In this document: in pieces, positions 44,355 to 53,457 of the stretch
How the letters are laid out: every line of letters begins with the position of its first letter
How positions within the stretch are numbered: position 1 is the first letter of the stretch
NCBI GenBank assembly: GCA_003222115.1
Contig: QHUL01000052.1
Span: 3,726 to 67,725, forward strand
Direction: 5' to 3'
From: Gemmatimonadota bacterium
GTDB taxonomy: Bacteria > Gemmatimonadota > Gemmatimonadetes > Gemmatimonadales > GWC2-71-9
Length of the DNA: 64,000 bases
The notes under the pieces: generated by a model
Database searches by the model: none
Seen by the model: only the letters and a program-made list of their open reading frames with translations
What the model was told of the DNA's origin: nothing
Translations under genes and position numbers: made by a program

Positions 44355-47141
44355 GTGGCGTCGTGGTGTCGGGTGACGCTGCTCGCGCTGTCGCTCCTCG
44401 CCGGCCGGGCCGAAGCCCAGGTCGATCCGTCCGGTCCCTGGCGCACGCTCCATACGGAGCATTTTCGGATCCACTTTCGCCCCGCGTACCGCGCGGTCGC
44501 CGAGCAGGAAGCGCGCGAAGCGGAGCGGGCCTATCGTCTGCTCGCGGCAGAGCTCCGGGCGCCGCGCGGCGTCGTCGACCTCGTGCTGGGCGACGATGTC
44601 GACGTCGCCAACGGGGCCACGACGGTGTTCCCCTCGAGCCGCATCTATGTCATGCTGCCGCCGCCCCTCGGCGACCCCGGGCTGCAGCGGTTCGACAGCT
44701 GGCTCCGCCTGGTCACGGTGCACGAGCTGACGCACGTCTTCCACCTGGACCGGGTGCGCGGCGTGTGGGGGGTGCTGCAGCGGGTGTTCGGGCGCGCGCC
44801 GGGGCTCTTCCCGAACGCGTTCCAGCCGAGCTGGGTCATCGAAGGCCTGGCGACCTACTACGAGTCCAAGTTCACGAACGGCGGGCGCGTGCGGGGCAGC
44901 TTCCATACGCAGCTCCTCGCGGCCGACCGCGCGGGCGACGCGTCCCGCTCCCCGACCAACGCGCTGCTCTTCACCCGCTGGGCGGACGGGCCGGTGCCGT
45001 ACGCCTACGGCAGCCGCTTCTTTCATTATCTGGCCGGTGCGGCGGGGGACTCCGTCGTTCCCCGGTTCGTCGAGGCGACCGCGAGGCAGCTGATCCCGTT
45101 CCGCGTGGGACGCCAGCTGGGACGGGCCGCGCCGGGGCGCGAGCTCCGCGAAGACTGGGCGCGGGCCACTCGGCCCGAGCTGCCGGCCGGTACGCCGGGC
45201 GACGTGCTCGCCCAGGATCTGTGGAGCGAGCCGGCGCCGCAGCTGTCTCCGGACGGCGGCCGAGTAGCGTACCAGCGCGACGACGGCAAGGAAGCGCGGC
45301 AGCTCGTCGTCGTGGACGTGCGGGACTGGCGGGTGCTGCGGCACCACCGCGTCAACGCCGGCGCGAGTTACGACTGGCTGGGCGACACGCTGGTGGTGGC
45401 GCAGCTCGATTGGACGTCGCGCTGGCGCCTGCGCAGCGATCTGTATCGCTGGCTTCCCGATGGCGGGTGGCGGCGGGACACGCGCGGGGCGCGGCTGGTG
45501 CGGCCGCGCGCCGGCGGCGCCCGCCTCGCCGCGATCCGCTTCACGCCCGCGGCGGCTGAGCCCACCCTCCCCGCGCCCACGGAGCCGGGGGCCGTGTGGG
45601 GGGACGTGGCGCCGTCACCCGACGGCCGGTGGGTCGCGGCGACGCGCCACGCGCAGGGTCATTGGGCGCTGGTGCGCTGGCCCGCCGACTCGCCTCAGGC
45701 GGCGACCGTGCTGCTGACCGCCACGGGCGTGATCGTCGATCCCGTCTGGAGCGGGGACGGCGGGCTGCTGTTCGTGGGGGAGCAGACCGGCTTCCCGCAG
45801 GTGTACCGCTGGAGCGATTCGGTCGGGGCGGTGCAGCTCACGCGCGAGCCGCTGGGTGCGCGCGCGCCGGCGCTGCTGCCCGACGGCAGCCTGCTCTACA
45901 CGACGCTGTCCACCCACGGCTGGCGGCTGTCGCGGGGCCGGCCCGCCGCGACGGCGGTCGTGCCCGCGCCGGCCGACGTGCCCGCGCCGTTCGACTCCGC
46001 GCCGCCGGTGACGGCCTTCGAGAGCGGGTACACCGCGTGGCCGTCCCTGCGACCGCGCTTCTGGCTGCCGTATGGCGTCAACGCGGGTCCGGCCGGGCAC
46101 TTCTTCGGCGGGGTGACCGCCGGGAGGGACGCCGTGGGCCGAGACACCTATGCGGCGGAGCTCCTCGTCTCGCCCTCTCCCCTGCGTGCGGGGGGCGCGT
46201 TCGCCGCTCTTACGGCGCGGCTCGGCAATCCGACGCTCGATGCATCCTTCGACTCCGAGTGGTCGCTCGCCGTGTGGCTCCCCGGCGATACCAGCGTCGC
46301 CGAGCGGGATCAGAACGCGGCCCTGGGCGCGACCTTCGTGATGCGCCGCTTCCGCACGGCCGCCAGCCTCCGGGTCGCCGCGGAATACGAGGGCAACCGC
46401 TTCGTGGTGCTGCCACCGGGCACGCCACTCGCGGCCGCGTGCGGCACGTGCCAGGTCCGCGATCTCGTCGGCGGATCGCTGTCGCTCGGCCTGGCGCACT
46501 TCGTGACGGCGCCACTCGCGATCTCACGGCAGGATGGGTTCGCGTGGACCGTCACCTACCGGCGGCGGGAGCAGCAGGGCACCGCCCGCTGGTCCAACGA
46601 GCTGCGCACGCGGCTGGCGCTGTACGCCCGCGTTCCCGGCCCCGGCGGCTTCGCGCACCACGTGCTCGCCGTGCGCCTCGCGGCCGGGGCGACCGGCGGG
46701 CCGCTCGCCGATCTGCTCAAGGTCGGCGGTGTGTCGCAGGGCGTGCTGAGTCTGGGCTTCACCGGGCCGCTCGGCGGCTCGCGCAGCTTCCCGGTGCGCG
46801 GCTACCGCGGGAACGCGCTGCTGGGGCGGCGCGCCGCCACGGCGAGCGTCGAGTACCGCGTCCCGCTCGCCCTCGTCGGCGAGTCGCTCGGACATCTCCC
46901 CTTCGGCGCCGACAAGTTGTGGCTCGCGCTGTTCGGCGACGCGGGCGACGCTTGGAACCCGGGCGTGGCGCCCCGCCTCGGTCGGCTCCGCTCGGCCGGA
47001 GTCGAGCTCGTCGCTGACCTGACCGTCAGCTACGACGTTCCGCTGGAGGTCCGGCTCGGCGTCGCGCAACCCCTCGCGACGCCTCCGTCCGGTGACGCGC
47101 GCCGTCCGCGCGTCTATCTCGCCCTCGCCGCGGACTTCTGA
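44355..47141 (+). CDS. Large outer-membrane protein: HExxH metalloprotease-like N-domain, TolB/PD40-like beta-propeller and C-terminal beta-barrel
   Basis: This is the in-frame tail of track ORF 43470..47141. Signal-like VASWCRVTLLALSLLAGRAEA-Q, with an alternative GTG at 44289. Contains HELTHVFH. PD40-like repeats SPDGGRVAYQRDD and SPDGRWVAATRH. Alternating-hydrophobic C-terminus ends in YLALAADF, with a terminal Phe. Confidence 0.65.
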   Translation: MASWCRVTLLALSLLAGRAEAQVDPSGPWRTLHTEHFRIHFRPAYRAVAEQEAREAERAYRLLAAELRAPRGVVDLVLGDDVDVANGATTVFPSSRIYVMLPPPLGDPGLQRFDSWLRLVTVHELTHVFHLDRVRGVWGVLQRVFGRAPGLFPNAFQPSWVIEGLATYYESKFTNGGRVRGSFHTQLLAADRAGDASRSPTNALLFTRWADGPVPYAYGSRFFHYLAGAAGDSVVPRFVEATARQLIPFRVGRQLGRAAPGRELREDWARATRPELPAGTPGDVLAQDLWSEPAPQLSPDGGRVAYQRDDGKEARQLVVVDVRDWRVLRHHRVNAGASYDWLGDTLVVAQLDWTSRWRLRSDLYRWLPDGGWRRDTRGARLVRPRAGGARLAAIRFTPAAAEPTLPAPTEPGAVWGDVAPSPDGRWVAATRHAQGHWALVRWPADSPQAATVLLTATGVIVDPVWSGDGGLLFVGEQTGFPQVYRWSDSVGAVQLTREPLGARAPALLPDGSLLYTTLSTHGWRLSRGRPAATAVVPAPADVPAPFDSAPPVTAFESGYTAWPSLRPRFWLPYGVNAGPAGHFFGGVTAGRDAVGRDTYAAELLVSPSPLRAGGAFAALTARLGNPTLDASFDSEWSLAVWLPGDTSVAERDQNAALGATFVMRRFRTAASLRVAAEYEGNRFVVLPPGTPLAAACGTCQVRDLVGGSLSLGLAHFVTAPLAISRQDGFAWTVTYRRREQQGTARWSNELRTRLALYARVPGPGGFAHHVLAVRLAAGATGGPLADLLKVGGVSQGVLSLGFTGPLGGSRSFPVRGYRGNALLGRRAATASVEYRVPLALVGESLGHLPFGADKLWLALFGDAGDAWNPGVAPRLGRLRSAGVELVADLTVSYDVPLEVRLGVAQPLATPPSGDARRPRVYLALAADF

Positions 47142-47176
47142 TCGCGGTCGTCACGTCGTGATGCGGCGTCCGTGAG

Positions 47177-47206
47177 TTGACACCCGCTCCGGCGGCTCCG
47201 TAACTT
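47177..47206 (+). promoter_or_regulatory. Promoter-like TTGACA-N18-TAACTT upstream of the second kinase gene
   Basis: Consensus -35 hexamer. GGAG lies 5 nt before the ATG at 47229. Confidence 0.4.
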
Positions 47207-47228
47207 TCCGCGATTCCCCGGAGAATGG

Positions 47229-49094
47229 ATGTATTGCTCTCGCTGCGGGACCCAGAACGAGAACGCCAGCAAATTCTGCCGCTCCTGCGGCTTGGACCTG
47301 ACCGCCACGACACCCGTCGGCGCGGTGAAGGACCCGCAGCAGGAGATGACGGACCTTGAGCTGGTTCGGGAGCAGCTCAAGGAGGAGTACGAGATCCTAG
47401 AGGAGTTGGGCCGGGGGGGGATGGCGATCGTCTTCAGGGCCCGCGAGCGCCAACTCGAGCGCGACGTCGCGATCAAAGTCCTGCCGTTTTCTCTCTCCTT
47501 CGATAAAGAATTCGTCGAGCGCTTCCAGCGGGAAGCGCGCACCTCCGCCAAGCTGGAGCACCCGAACATCATCCCGATCTATCGCGTCGGAAAATCGGGC
47601 CGGGTGATCTTCTTCGTCATGAAGTTCCTGCGCGGCAAGCCGCTGTCATCGGTGCTCGCCGCGCGGGGCACGCTGGCGCCGGCGGAGATCCGGCAGGTCC
47701 TGGCCCAGGTCGCGCGCGCCCTCGCCTACGCGCACCGCAGCGGCATCGTCCACCGCGATATCAAGCCCGACAACATCATGTTCGATGAACACGGCCTCGC
47801 CATGGTCACGGACTTCGGCATCGCCAAGGCCGCCACCGGCGGCAAGCTCACGGGCACCGGCATGTCCATCGGCACGCCGCACTACATGAGCCCCGAGCAG
47901 GCCCGGGCCCAGCCGCTCGACGGCCGCAGCGATCTCTACTCCCTGGGCGTGGTGGCGTACCAGTGCCTCGCGGGCAGCGTTCCCTTCGACGGCGAGGACT
48001 CGTTCGCGATCGGCTACAAGCACATCATGGAGGAGCTGCCGACCCCGTCGCTCGAGACGCCCGACAAGCGCAGCCTCTTCGACATCATCCGCAAGATGAT
48101 GGCCAAGCTCCCGGACGACCGCTTCCAGGACGCCGACGACCTGGTCCAGGCGCTGGAGGGCGGGGCGTTCGCCCCCTTGGCGCTCGCGACGGCGCCCACG
48201 CGGGCCATTCCCTCCCTCGGGAAGCTCACGGCGGCGCCCACCCCGCTGCCCAAGGCTGGGCGGCCGGTGGCTCCCGGCGAACACCACCGCTCCGTGGCGG
48301 CCGCGGTGTCGATCTGGCTCTTCATTGTCCTGTCGCTCGCCGGGGGCGGGGGCTTCTACGCGTACAAAAAGGGGTGGCTCCTCGCCACGCCCGGGCCCGC
48401 CACGGGCGCGCGGGACTCGACGGCGCGCGACACCAGCGCCGCCGCCGACAGCGCAGGCCGGGCCGACACGAGCGGCGCGCTCGCCAGCGCCACCGGTGGC
48501 GGGACGGGGCACGACACGTCCCGCTCCCATCAGCCGCCACCCTCTCCGGGCACCCCCGCGCGCCTGACGCTCCAGGGCGTACCGCAGGGCGCGCGCGTCA
48601 CGCTGAACGGCCAGCCGGTGCGAGGGCCCCAGGTCGACGTCCCGCCCGGGGTCTACAAGCTCGCGGTGCGCGCGGGGGGCTATCAGCCCTACGAGCGGCA
48701 GGTGGTCGTGCCTCCGGGAGCGCCGCTCACCGTGCGGGTCGAGCTCCAGGCGATGGTCGAAGACGCCGAGAGCGGCGGGGGGCCGTGCGACGCCTACGGA
48801 CCGGCCTACAATCAGGACAAGATCTGCTTCGATACCCGGCCCATCCCGCTCCAGCCGGCGCTCGTCCCGGTCCCCGGCGACGCGCCCGTCTTTCCCCGGC
48901 CGGCCATCCTCCTGTTCCACGTGTCGCGCAACGGCGAGACGCAAGAAGTGCGGGTGTTCGTGCGCTCCAACGTGGAGACGTTCAACGATCAGGCACTCGA
49001 CCTCGCGAAGAACCTGCGGTGGAACCCGGCGCTCAAGAACGGCGAGCCCGTGGACGCCTGGGTGCAGTACCCCGTGAACCCCACGAGGCAGTAA
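47229..49094 (+). CDS. Hanks-type Ser/Thr protein kinase: zinc-ribbon, kinase, TM, PEGA and TonB-C-terminal-like domains
   Basis: 621 aa. MYCSRCGTQNENASKFCRSCG, then GRGGMAIVF, AIKVL, HRDIKPDNIM, DFGIAK and GTPHYMSPE. TM helix AAVSIWLFIVLSLAGGGGFYAY. PEGA-like LTLQGVPQGARVTLNGQPV..GVYKLAVRAGGYQPYE. TonB_C-like LLFHVSRNGETQEVRVFVRSNVETFNDQALDLAKNLRWNPALKNGEPVDAWVQYPV. Confidence 0.85.
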   Translation: MYCSRCGTQNENASKFCRSCGLDLTATTPVGAVKDPQQEMTDLELVREQLKEEYEILEELGRGGMAIVFRARERQLERDVAIKVLPFSLSFDKEFVERFQREARTSAKLEHPNIIPIYRVGKSGRVIFFVMKFLRGKPLSSVLAARGTLAPAEIRQVLAQVARALAYAHRSGIVHRDIKPDNIMFDEHGLAMVTDFGIAKAATGGKLTGTGMSIGTPHYMSPEQARAQPLDGRSDLYSLGVVAYQCLAGSVPFDGEDSFAIGYKHIMEELPTPSLETPDKRSLFDIIRKMMAKLPDDRFQDADDLVQALEGGAFAPLALATAPTRAIPSLGKLTAAPTPLPKAGRPVAPGEHHRSVAAAVSIWLFIVLSLAGGGGFYAYKKGWLLATPGPATGARDSTARDTSAAADSAGRADTSGALASATGGGTGHDTSRSHQPPPSPGTPARLTLQGVPQGARVTLNGQPVRGPQVDVPPGVYKLAVRAGGYQPYERQVVVPPGAPLTVRVELQAMVEDAESGGGPCDAYGPAYNQDKICFDTRPIPLQPALVPVPGDAPVFPRPAILLFHVSRNGETQEVRVFVRSNVETFNDQALDLAKNLRWNPALKNGEPVDAWVQYPVNPTRQ

Positions 49095-49600
49095 TCAACA
49101 TCCATCCGAGCGCCTTCATCGCCCCGGGCGCCGTCGTGCTTGGGGACGTGACGCTCGGCGCGCGCGTGAGCGTGTGGTACGGGGCCGTGCTGCGCGGCGA
49201 TACGGCGCCGATCAGCGTGGGTGAGGCGAGCAACGTGCAGGACGGCTCGATCATTCACGTGGACGAGGGGCTTCCGGCGACGATCGGCGCCCGGGTGGGC
49301 ATCGGTCACCGCGCCGTGCTGCACGGCTGCACGGTCGAGGACGAGTGCCTGATCGGGATGGGGAGCATCTTGCTGAACGACGTGCGGATCGGGACGGGGA
49401 GCGTGGTGGCGGCGGGGGCCGTCGTGCCGGAGGGGCTGGTGGTCCCCCCCGGCTCGCTCGTGGTCGGCGTCCCCGGTCGCGTGGTGCGGACCGTGGACGC
49501 GACGCTGCAGCAGCGGATCCGCGGCACCTGGGAGCACTACGTCGTGGAGGCCGAGCGGCATCGGGCCGGGAACTTCCCGATCGCGAGAACAGGTTTGTGA
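49019..49600 (+). CDS. Gamma-carbonic-anhydrase-like / left-handed beta-helix (YrdA/PaaY) family protein
   Basis: This is the tail of track ORF 47963..49600. Contains IHPSAFIAPGAVVLGDVTLGARVSVWYGAVLRGD and NVQDGSIIHVD. The start is uncertain. The nearest canonical in-frame start is the GTG at 49019, which overlaps the kinase gene by 76 nt. Confidence 0.75.
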   Translation: MEPGAQERRARGRLGAVPREPHEAVINIHPSAFIAPGAVVLGDVTLGARVSVWYGAVLRGDTAPISVGEASNVQDGSIIHVDEGLPATIGARVGIGHRAVLHGCTVEDECLIGMGSILLNDVRIGTGSVVAAGAVVPEGLVVPPGSLVVGVPGRVVRTVDATLQQRIRGTWEHYVVEAERHRAGNFPIARTGL

Positions 49601-49774
49601 TGTGAATACCGGAACGACTCGACACCGCGCGGCTCCTCTCGCGGCTTGCCCCACGGGAGCGGCCTGTCTACCTTGACCCTCCGCGCCGTCGCGCCGGTCC
49701 GCGCGTAGTTAAATTCACCACACGGACGCACGAGCAGTCCTCGGGCCGCTCTTACCGCAGAGGGACGAGCAAGC

Positions 49775-52261
49775 ATGACCGCTGCCACCCGCAAGGGGAT
49801 GCTGGATCTGACCCCGAACGCCATCACCGTGCTCGAGCGGCGCTACCTGGTCAAAGACGACCACGGGGCCCCGGTCGAAGGGCCCGAGGACCTGTTCTGG
49901 CGGGTCGCCCGCACCGTCGCCGCGCCCGACGACCGGTACGGGGCGTCGGCCGGAGCGGTCGAGACCGTGGCCGAGGCCTTCTTCGAGCTGATGGCGACCC
50001 GCGTGTGGATGCCGAACTCACCCACGCTCATGAACGCCGGCCGCCCGCTCGGCCAGCTGTCGGCCTGCTTCGTGCTGCCGGTGGATGACTGTCTCTCGGA
50101 CGGCAAGAGCGGGATCTACGACACCCTCCGCGCCATGGCGCTCGTGCATCAGTCGGGCGGCGGTACGGGCTTCTCGTTCTCCCGGTTGCGGCCCAAGAAC
50201 GACGTGGTGCGCTCCACGATGGGCGTCGCCTCGGGTCCGGTCTCCTTCATGAAGCTGTACGACGCGTCCACCGACGTGGTCAAGCAGGGCGGCACGCGCC
50301 GCGGCGCCAATATGGGCATCCTGCGGGTCGACCACCCCGACATTCTCGAGTTCATCACCTGCAAGGACGATCTCACCCAGGTCACGAACTTCAACATCTC
50401 CGTCGCGGTCACCGACGCGTTCATGCGGGCGCTGGAGCAGGGGACGAGCTACGACCTGATCCACCCTCGGACCAAGCAGGTCGTCCGCCAGCTCGACGCC
50501 CGGGACGTGTTCCGCACGATCGTGCACGGCGCCTGGAAGACCGGCGAGCCGGGGGTGTACTTCATCGACCGGGCGAACCACTACAACCCCATTCCCCACC
50601 TCGGCAGCTACGAGGCGACGAACCCCTGCGGCGAGCAGCCGCTCCTCCCGTATGACGTCTGCAACCTCGGGTCGATCAACGTCGGCCTGTTCGTGCGGGA
50701 CGGGGAAGGGAGCGGGGAGGGGCGGGACGTCGATTGGGAGCGGCTCCGCGCCGTCGTGCACCTGTGCACGCACTTCCTCGACAACGTCATCGATGCGAAC
50801 AAGTATCCGCTCTCCGAGATCGACGATCTGGCGCAGCGCATCCGCCGCATCGGGCTCGGCATCATGGGGTGGGCGGACCTGCTGGTGCGCCTGGGGATCC
50901 CCTACAACTCGGAGGAGGCGGTGGCGCTCGGCCGCCGCATGATGCAATTCGTGGACGAAGAGGCGAAGGTCGCCTCGGAGAGGCTGGCGGAGCAGCGAGG
51001 CGTCTTCCCCGAGTGGGAGCGGTCGATCTGGGGGCCGGACGCCACGTGCGCCCGGGCGCCTACGGGGGAGCGCATCCGTCCGATGCGGCGGCTGCGGAAC
51101 TGCAACCTCACCACCGTGGCGCCGACGGGCACGATCTCCATCATCGCCGGGTGCGCCTCCGGCATCGAGCCGCTCTTCGCCGTCGCGTTCATGCGGAACC
51201 AGGCCGGCGTGCTGATGCCCGACGTGAACGAGGACTTCGTGGCGATCGCGCGGCGCGAAGGCTGGTACTCGGACGACCTGGTGCAGCGGATCGCCGCGGC
51301 GGGCCACATCCACTTCGACGAGGTCCCGGGCAGGTGGCGGCGCGTCTTCGTCACGGCGCACGACGTCACGCCGGAGTGGCACATCCGCATGCAGGCCGCC
51401 TTCCAGGAGTTCACGGACTCGGCGATCTCCAAGACGTGCAACTTCCCGCACGACGCCACGGAGGCCGACGTCGAGCAGATCTACCGCCTCGCCTTCGCGC
51501 TGGGGTGTAAGGGCGTGACCGTCTACCGCGACGGCGCCCGCGAGGGTCAGGTGCTCTCGACCGGCTCGACCGCGAAGCAGGTGCAGGAGAAAGCGGCGCC
51601 GACGGGCGGGCAGGGCGCCCTGGCCGAGGCGCTCGGGCGCATCGCCGAGCTCGACGCCGAGCTGGCGCGCACGCGCGACCAGCTGCACGAGGTGGAGGCG
51701 GAGAACCTGCAGCGTCGCGCCAAGCGCTCGCGTCCCGAGCTGCTCAAGGGCTCGACCAGGCGGGTGGACACGCCGCTCGGCACGATGTACGTCACCATCA
51801 CGGAGGACGACCGGGGCCAGCCGTTCGAGGTGTTCATCTCCCTCGGCAAGGCGGGCGGCGCCCTCATGGCCGACGTCGAGGCGATCGGGCGACTCATCTC
51901 GCTCGCCTTGCGCTCCGGCATTCCACTGAAGGAGATCTACCGACAGCTGCGCGGCATCTCGTCTGACCGCGCCGTCGGCCTCGGGCCTCACAAGGTGTTG
52001 TCCGTGCCCGACGCGATCGGGATCGCGTTCGAGAAGTGGATGCAGGACAAGCAAGGCATCCAGCAGGATTTGCTGGGCACGGCCGCCGCCGCTCCCGGCG
52101 TCGCCGCGCCGGTCCGGGAGTCGGTCGGCGCCCGCGAGCTGTTCGGGGAGCGGGGCCGGGAGCAGGAGTTCCTCGGCGCCTGCCCGGATTGCGGTTCCCA
52201 GCTGACGTTCGCTGAGGGGTGCGCCAAGTGTCACGTCTGCGGCTACAGCGAGTGCGGGTGA
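49775..52261 (+). CDS. nrdJ: Adenosylcobalamin-dependent (class II) ribonucleoside-diphosphate reductase
   Basis: 828 aa. Contains TVLERRYL, MPNSPTLMNAG, SACFVLP and NPCGEQPLLPYDVCNLGSIN. C-terminal Cys cluster CPDCGS..CAKCHVCGYSEC. Confidence 0.9.
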   Translation: MTAATRKGMLDLTPNAITVLERRYLVKDDHGAPVEGPEDLFWRVARTVAAPDDRYGASAGAVETVAEAFFELMATRVWMPNSPTLMNAGRPLGQLSACFVLPVDDCLSDGKSGIYDTLRAMALVHQSGGGTGFSFSRLRPKNDVVRSTMGVASGPVSFMKLYDASTDVVKQGGTRRGANMGILRVDHPDILEFITCKDDLTQVTNFNISVAVTDAFMRALEQGTSYDLIHPRTKQVVRQLDARDVFRTIVHGAWKTGEPGVYFIDRANHYNPIPHLGSYEATNPCGEQPLLPYDVCNLGSINVGLFVRDGEGSGEGRDVDWERLRAVVHLCTHFLDNVIDANKYPLSEIDDLAQRIRRIGLGIMGWADLLVRLGIPYNSEEAVALGRRMMQFVDEEAKVASERLAEQRGVFPEWERSIWGPDATCARAPTGERIRPMRRLRNCNLTTVAPTGTISIIAGCASGIEPLFAVAFMRNQAGVLMPDVNEDFVAIARREGWYSDDLVQRIAAAGHIHFDEVPGRWRRVFVTAHDVTPEWHIRMQAAFQEFTDSAISKTCNFPHDATEADVEQIYRLAFALGCKGVTVYRDGAREGQVLSTGSTAKQVQEKAAPTGGQGALAEALGRIAELDAELARTRDQLHEVEAENLQRRAKRSRPELLKGSTRRVDTPLGTMYVTITEDDRGQPFEVFISLGKAGGALMADVEAIGRLISLALRSGIPLKEIYRQLRGISSDRAVGLGPHKVLSVPDAIGIAFEKWMQDKQGIQQDLLGTAAAAPGVAAPVRESVGARELFGERGREQEFLGACPDCGSQLTFAEGCAKCHVCGYSECG

Positions 52262-52370
52262 GCGGTGGGCCGGTGCTGCGCGCCCGCCGCAGTCGGCCAT
52301 CGAGCGCTGACCATGCCTGCTGTGACTCGAATCACGACACTTTATGGGACTGGACGTTAGCCATTAGAGC

Positions 52371-52754
52371 ATGACGACCGGCCACATCACTCCCACTCGG
52401 ATTCAGGCCAAGGGATGGGCGCGCGTGGGCAGAGCGGGCGCTCACCTGTTGCGCCGCGGCGCCTGGTACCCCGTCGTGCGCATCTCCTCCAGTCACATCG
52501 TCGTGCTCGACGTGAATCGCCGCAACGTTCCCGTCGACCGCCGGTTTCTCGAGATCCGCTATCACCCGCCCGAGCGCTGGAGCATCGTGCGCTGCGAGCC
52601 GCGTGAGATCCAGCGCGTGGGCCGGCCGTTCCCGCTCACCTACGGCGTGTGCCCGAGCTGCCGTCACCGGCAGGCGTTCGACGGGGATGCGAAGGAACTC
52701 ACCTGCGACCGCTGCCACAAGAGCGCGGGGCTGGCGTGGGATGAGTTGAGTTAA
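52371..52754 (+). CDS. Hypothetical zinc-ribbon protein, paralogue A
   Basis: 127 aa. Contains LLRRGAWYPVV, WSIV and CPSCRHRQAFDG..CDRC. About 40% alignable by eye with the ORF at 53458. Confidence 0.55.
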   Translation: MTTGHITPTRIQAKGWARVGRAGAHLLRRGAWYPVVRISSSHIVVLDVNRRNVPVDRRFLEIRYHPPERWSIVRCEPREIQRVGRPFPLTYGVCPSCRHRQAFDGDAKELTCDRCHKSAGLAWDELS

Positions 52755-52756
52755 CG

Positions 52757-52830
52757 GCCGGGAAGAGGCCGGGGAAGAGCGAAGGGGGAAGGGGCCGCAA
52801 CCCTTCCCCCTTCCCATTTCCCCCGGCCTT
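52757..52830. repeat. G-rich palindromic intergenic element (copy 2), probable bidirectional terminator
   Basis: 13-bp perfect stem of GAAGGGGGAAGGG (52781-93) with CCCTTCCCCCTTC (52801-13). The outer pairing is GGCCGGGGAA with TTCCCCCGGCC. The 5' side has a tandem GGCCGGG(G)AAGAG duplication. It shares the CCGG(A/G)AAGAGGC(T/C)GGGGAAG...GGGGAAGG..CCCTTC core with the element at 39058. Confidence 0.65.
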
Positions 52831-53415
52831 TCAACCTTCCACGAGTACCAAACGGTCGCCCAGGGAAACGATTCCCGAACCCTCACCGCGGCAGTAGAAC
52901 CCCCGCGTCCCTCCGTCCAGGAACTGGAGGTGGGACTTGAGGACCTCGCTCTCCACCCGGTTCCCCAGGGCCCAGCCGGTGAACGGCCTGCAGGGGTGAG
53001 CGACGTCGAGCACGTTGAAGCGCGCGACCTCCGACCCGCCCGCGCCGACGCATACCAGGCCTGCCGCGAGGTCCTCCAGCGTGAACCGTCGGCTCGTCTC
53101 CACGATGATGTTCTCCCCCGCGCACCCGAGGGTGATGCGGTCGCTGAAGCGCTGCCGCATCGCGTCGTAGTGGGACGTGAACCCGACCGAGACGCCGTGC
53201 ATCCCGTCCGGGTTCTTGGTTTGCGGGTGCGCGCGATGGTGCACGTCCACGATCCACGACCGGTTCTCGCCCTCGCCCAGCACGCCGTCTCCACCCACGG
53301 CCAGGCGCCGCACCGCGAGGACGGGCGAGGGGTCGTACACGCGGTGGGGCTTCTCGCCCGTCTTCAAGGACGAGCGTTGGATCTGCAGACGGACGACGGC
53401 GCCGATCTCGCGCAT
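52831..53415 (-). CDS. MOSC-domain-containing protein
   Basis: 194 aa. ITLGCAGENIIVE, ARFNVLDVAHPCRPF is MOSC-like (GEN..., conserved PC). Confidence 0.65.
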   Translation of the reverse strand: MREIGAVVRLQIQRSSLKTGEKPHRVYDPSPVLAVRRLAVGGDGVLGEGENRSWIVDVHHRAHPQTKNPDGMHGVSVGFTSHYDAMRQRFSDRITLGCAGENIIVETSRRFTLEDLAAGLVCVGAGGSEVARFNVLDVAHPCRPFTGWALGNRVESEVLKSHLQFLDGGTRGFYCRGEGSGIVSLGDRLVLVEG

Positions 53416-53457
53416 AACGAAACCTAACGAAAAGTGATATCATGGTGGCTCTGACCC

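Noticed and set aside
49601-49774. Possible cobalamin riboswitch or NrdR boxes in the 175-bp leader of nrdJ
   Set aside because: I found no B12-box-like core (GCCACTG context). I also found no pair of 16-bp ACAC..GTGT-type NrdR palindromes. Only a TAGTTAAATTCACCACAC stretch stands out, and it is not palindromic. An Infernal scan would settle this.
50018-52300. 760-aa minus-strand ORF
   Set aside because: It is antisense to nrdJ, which is unambiguous.
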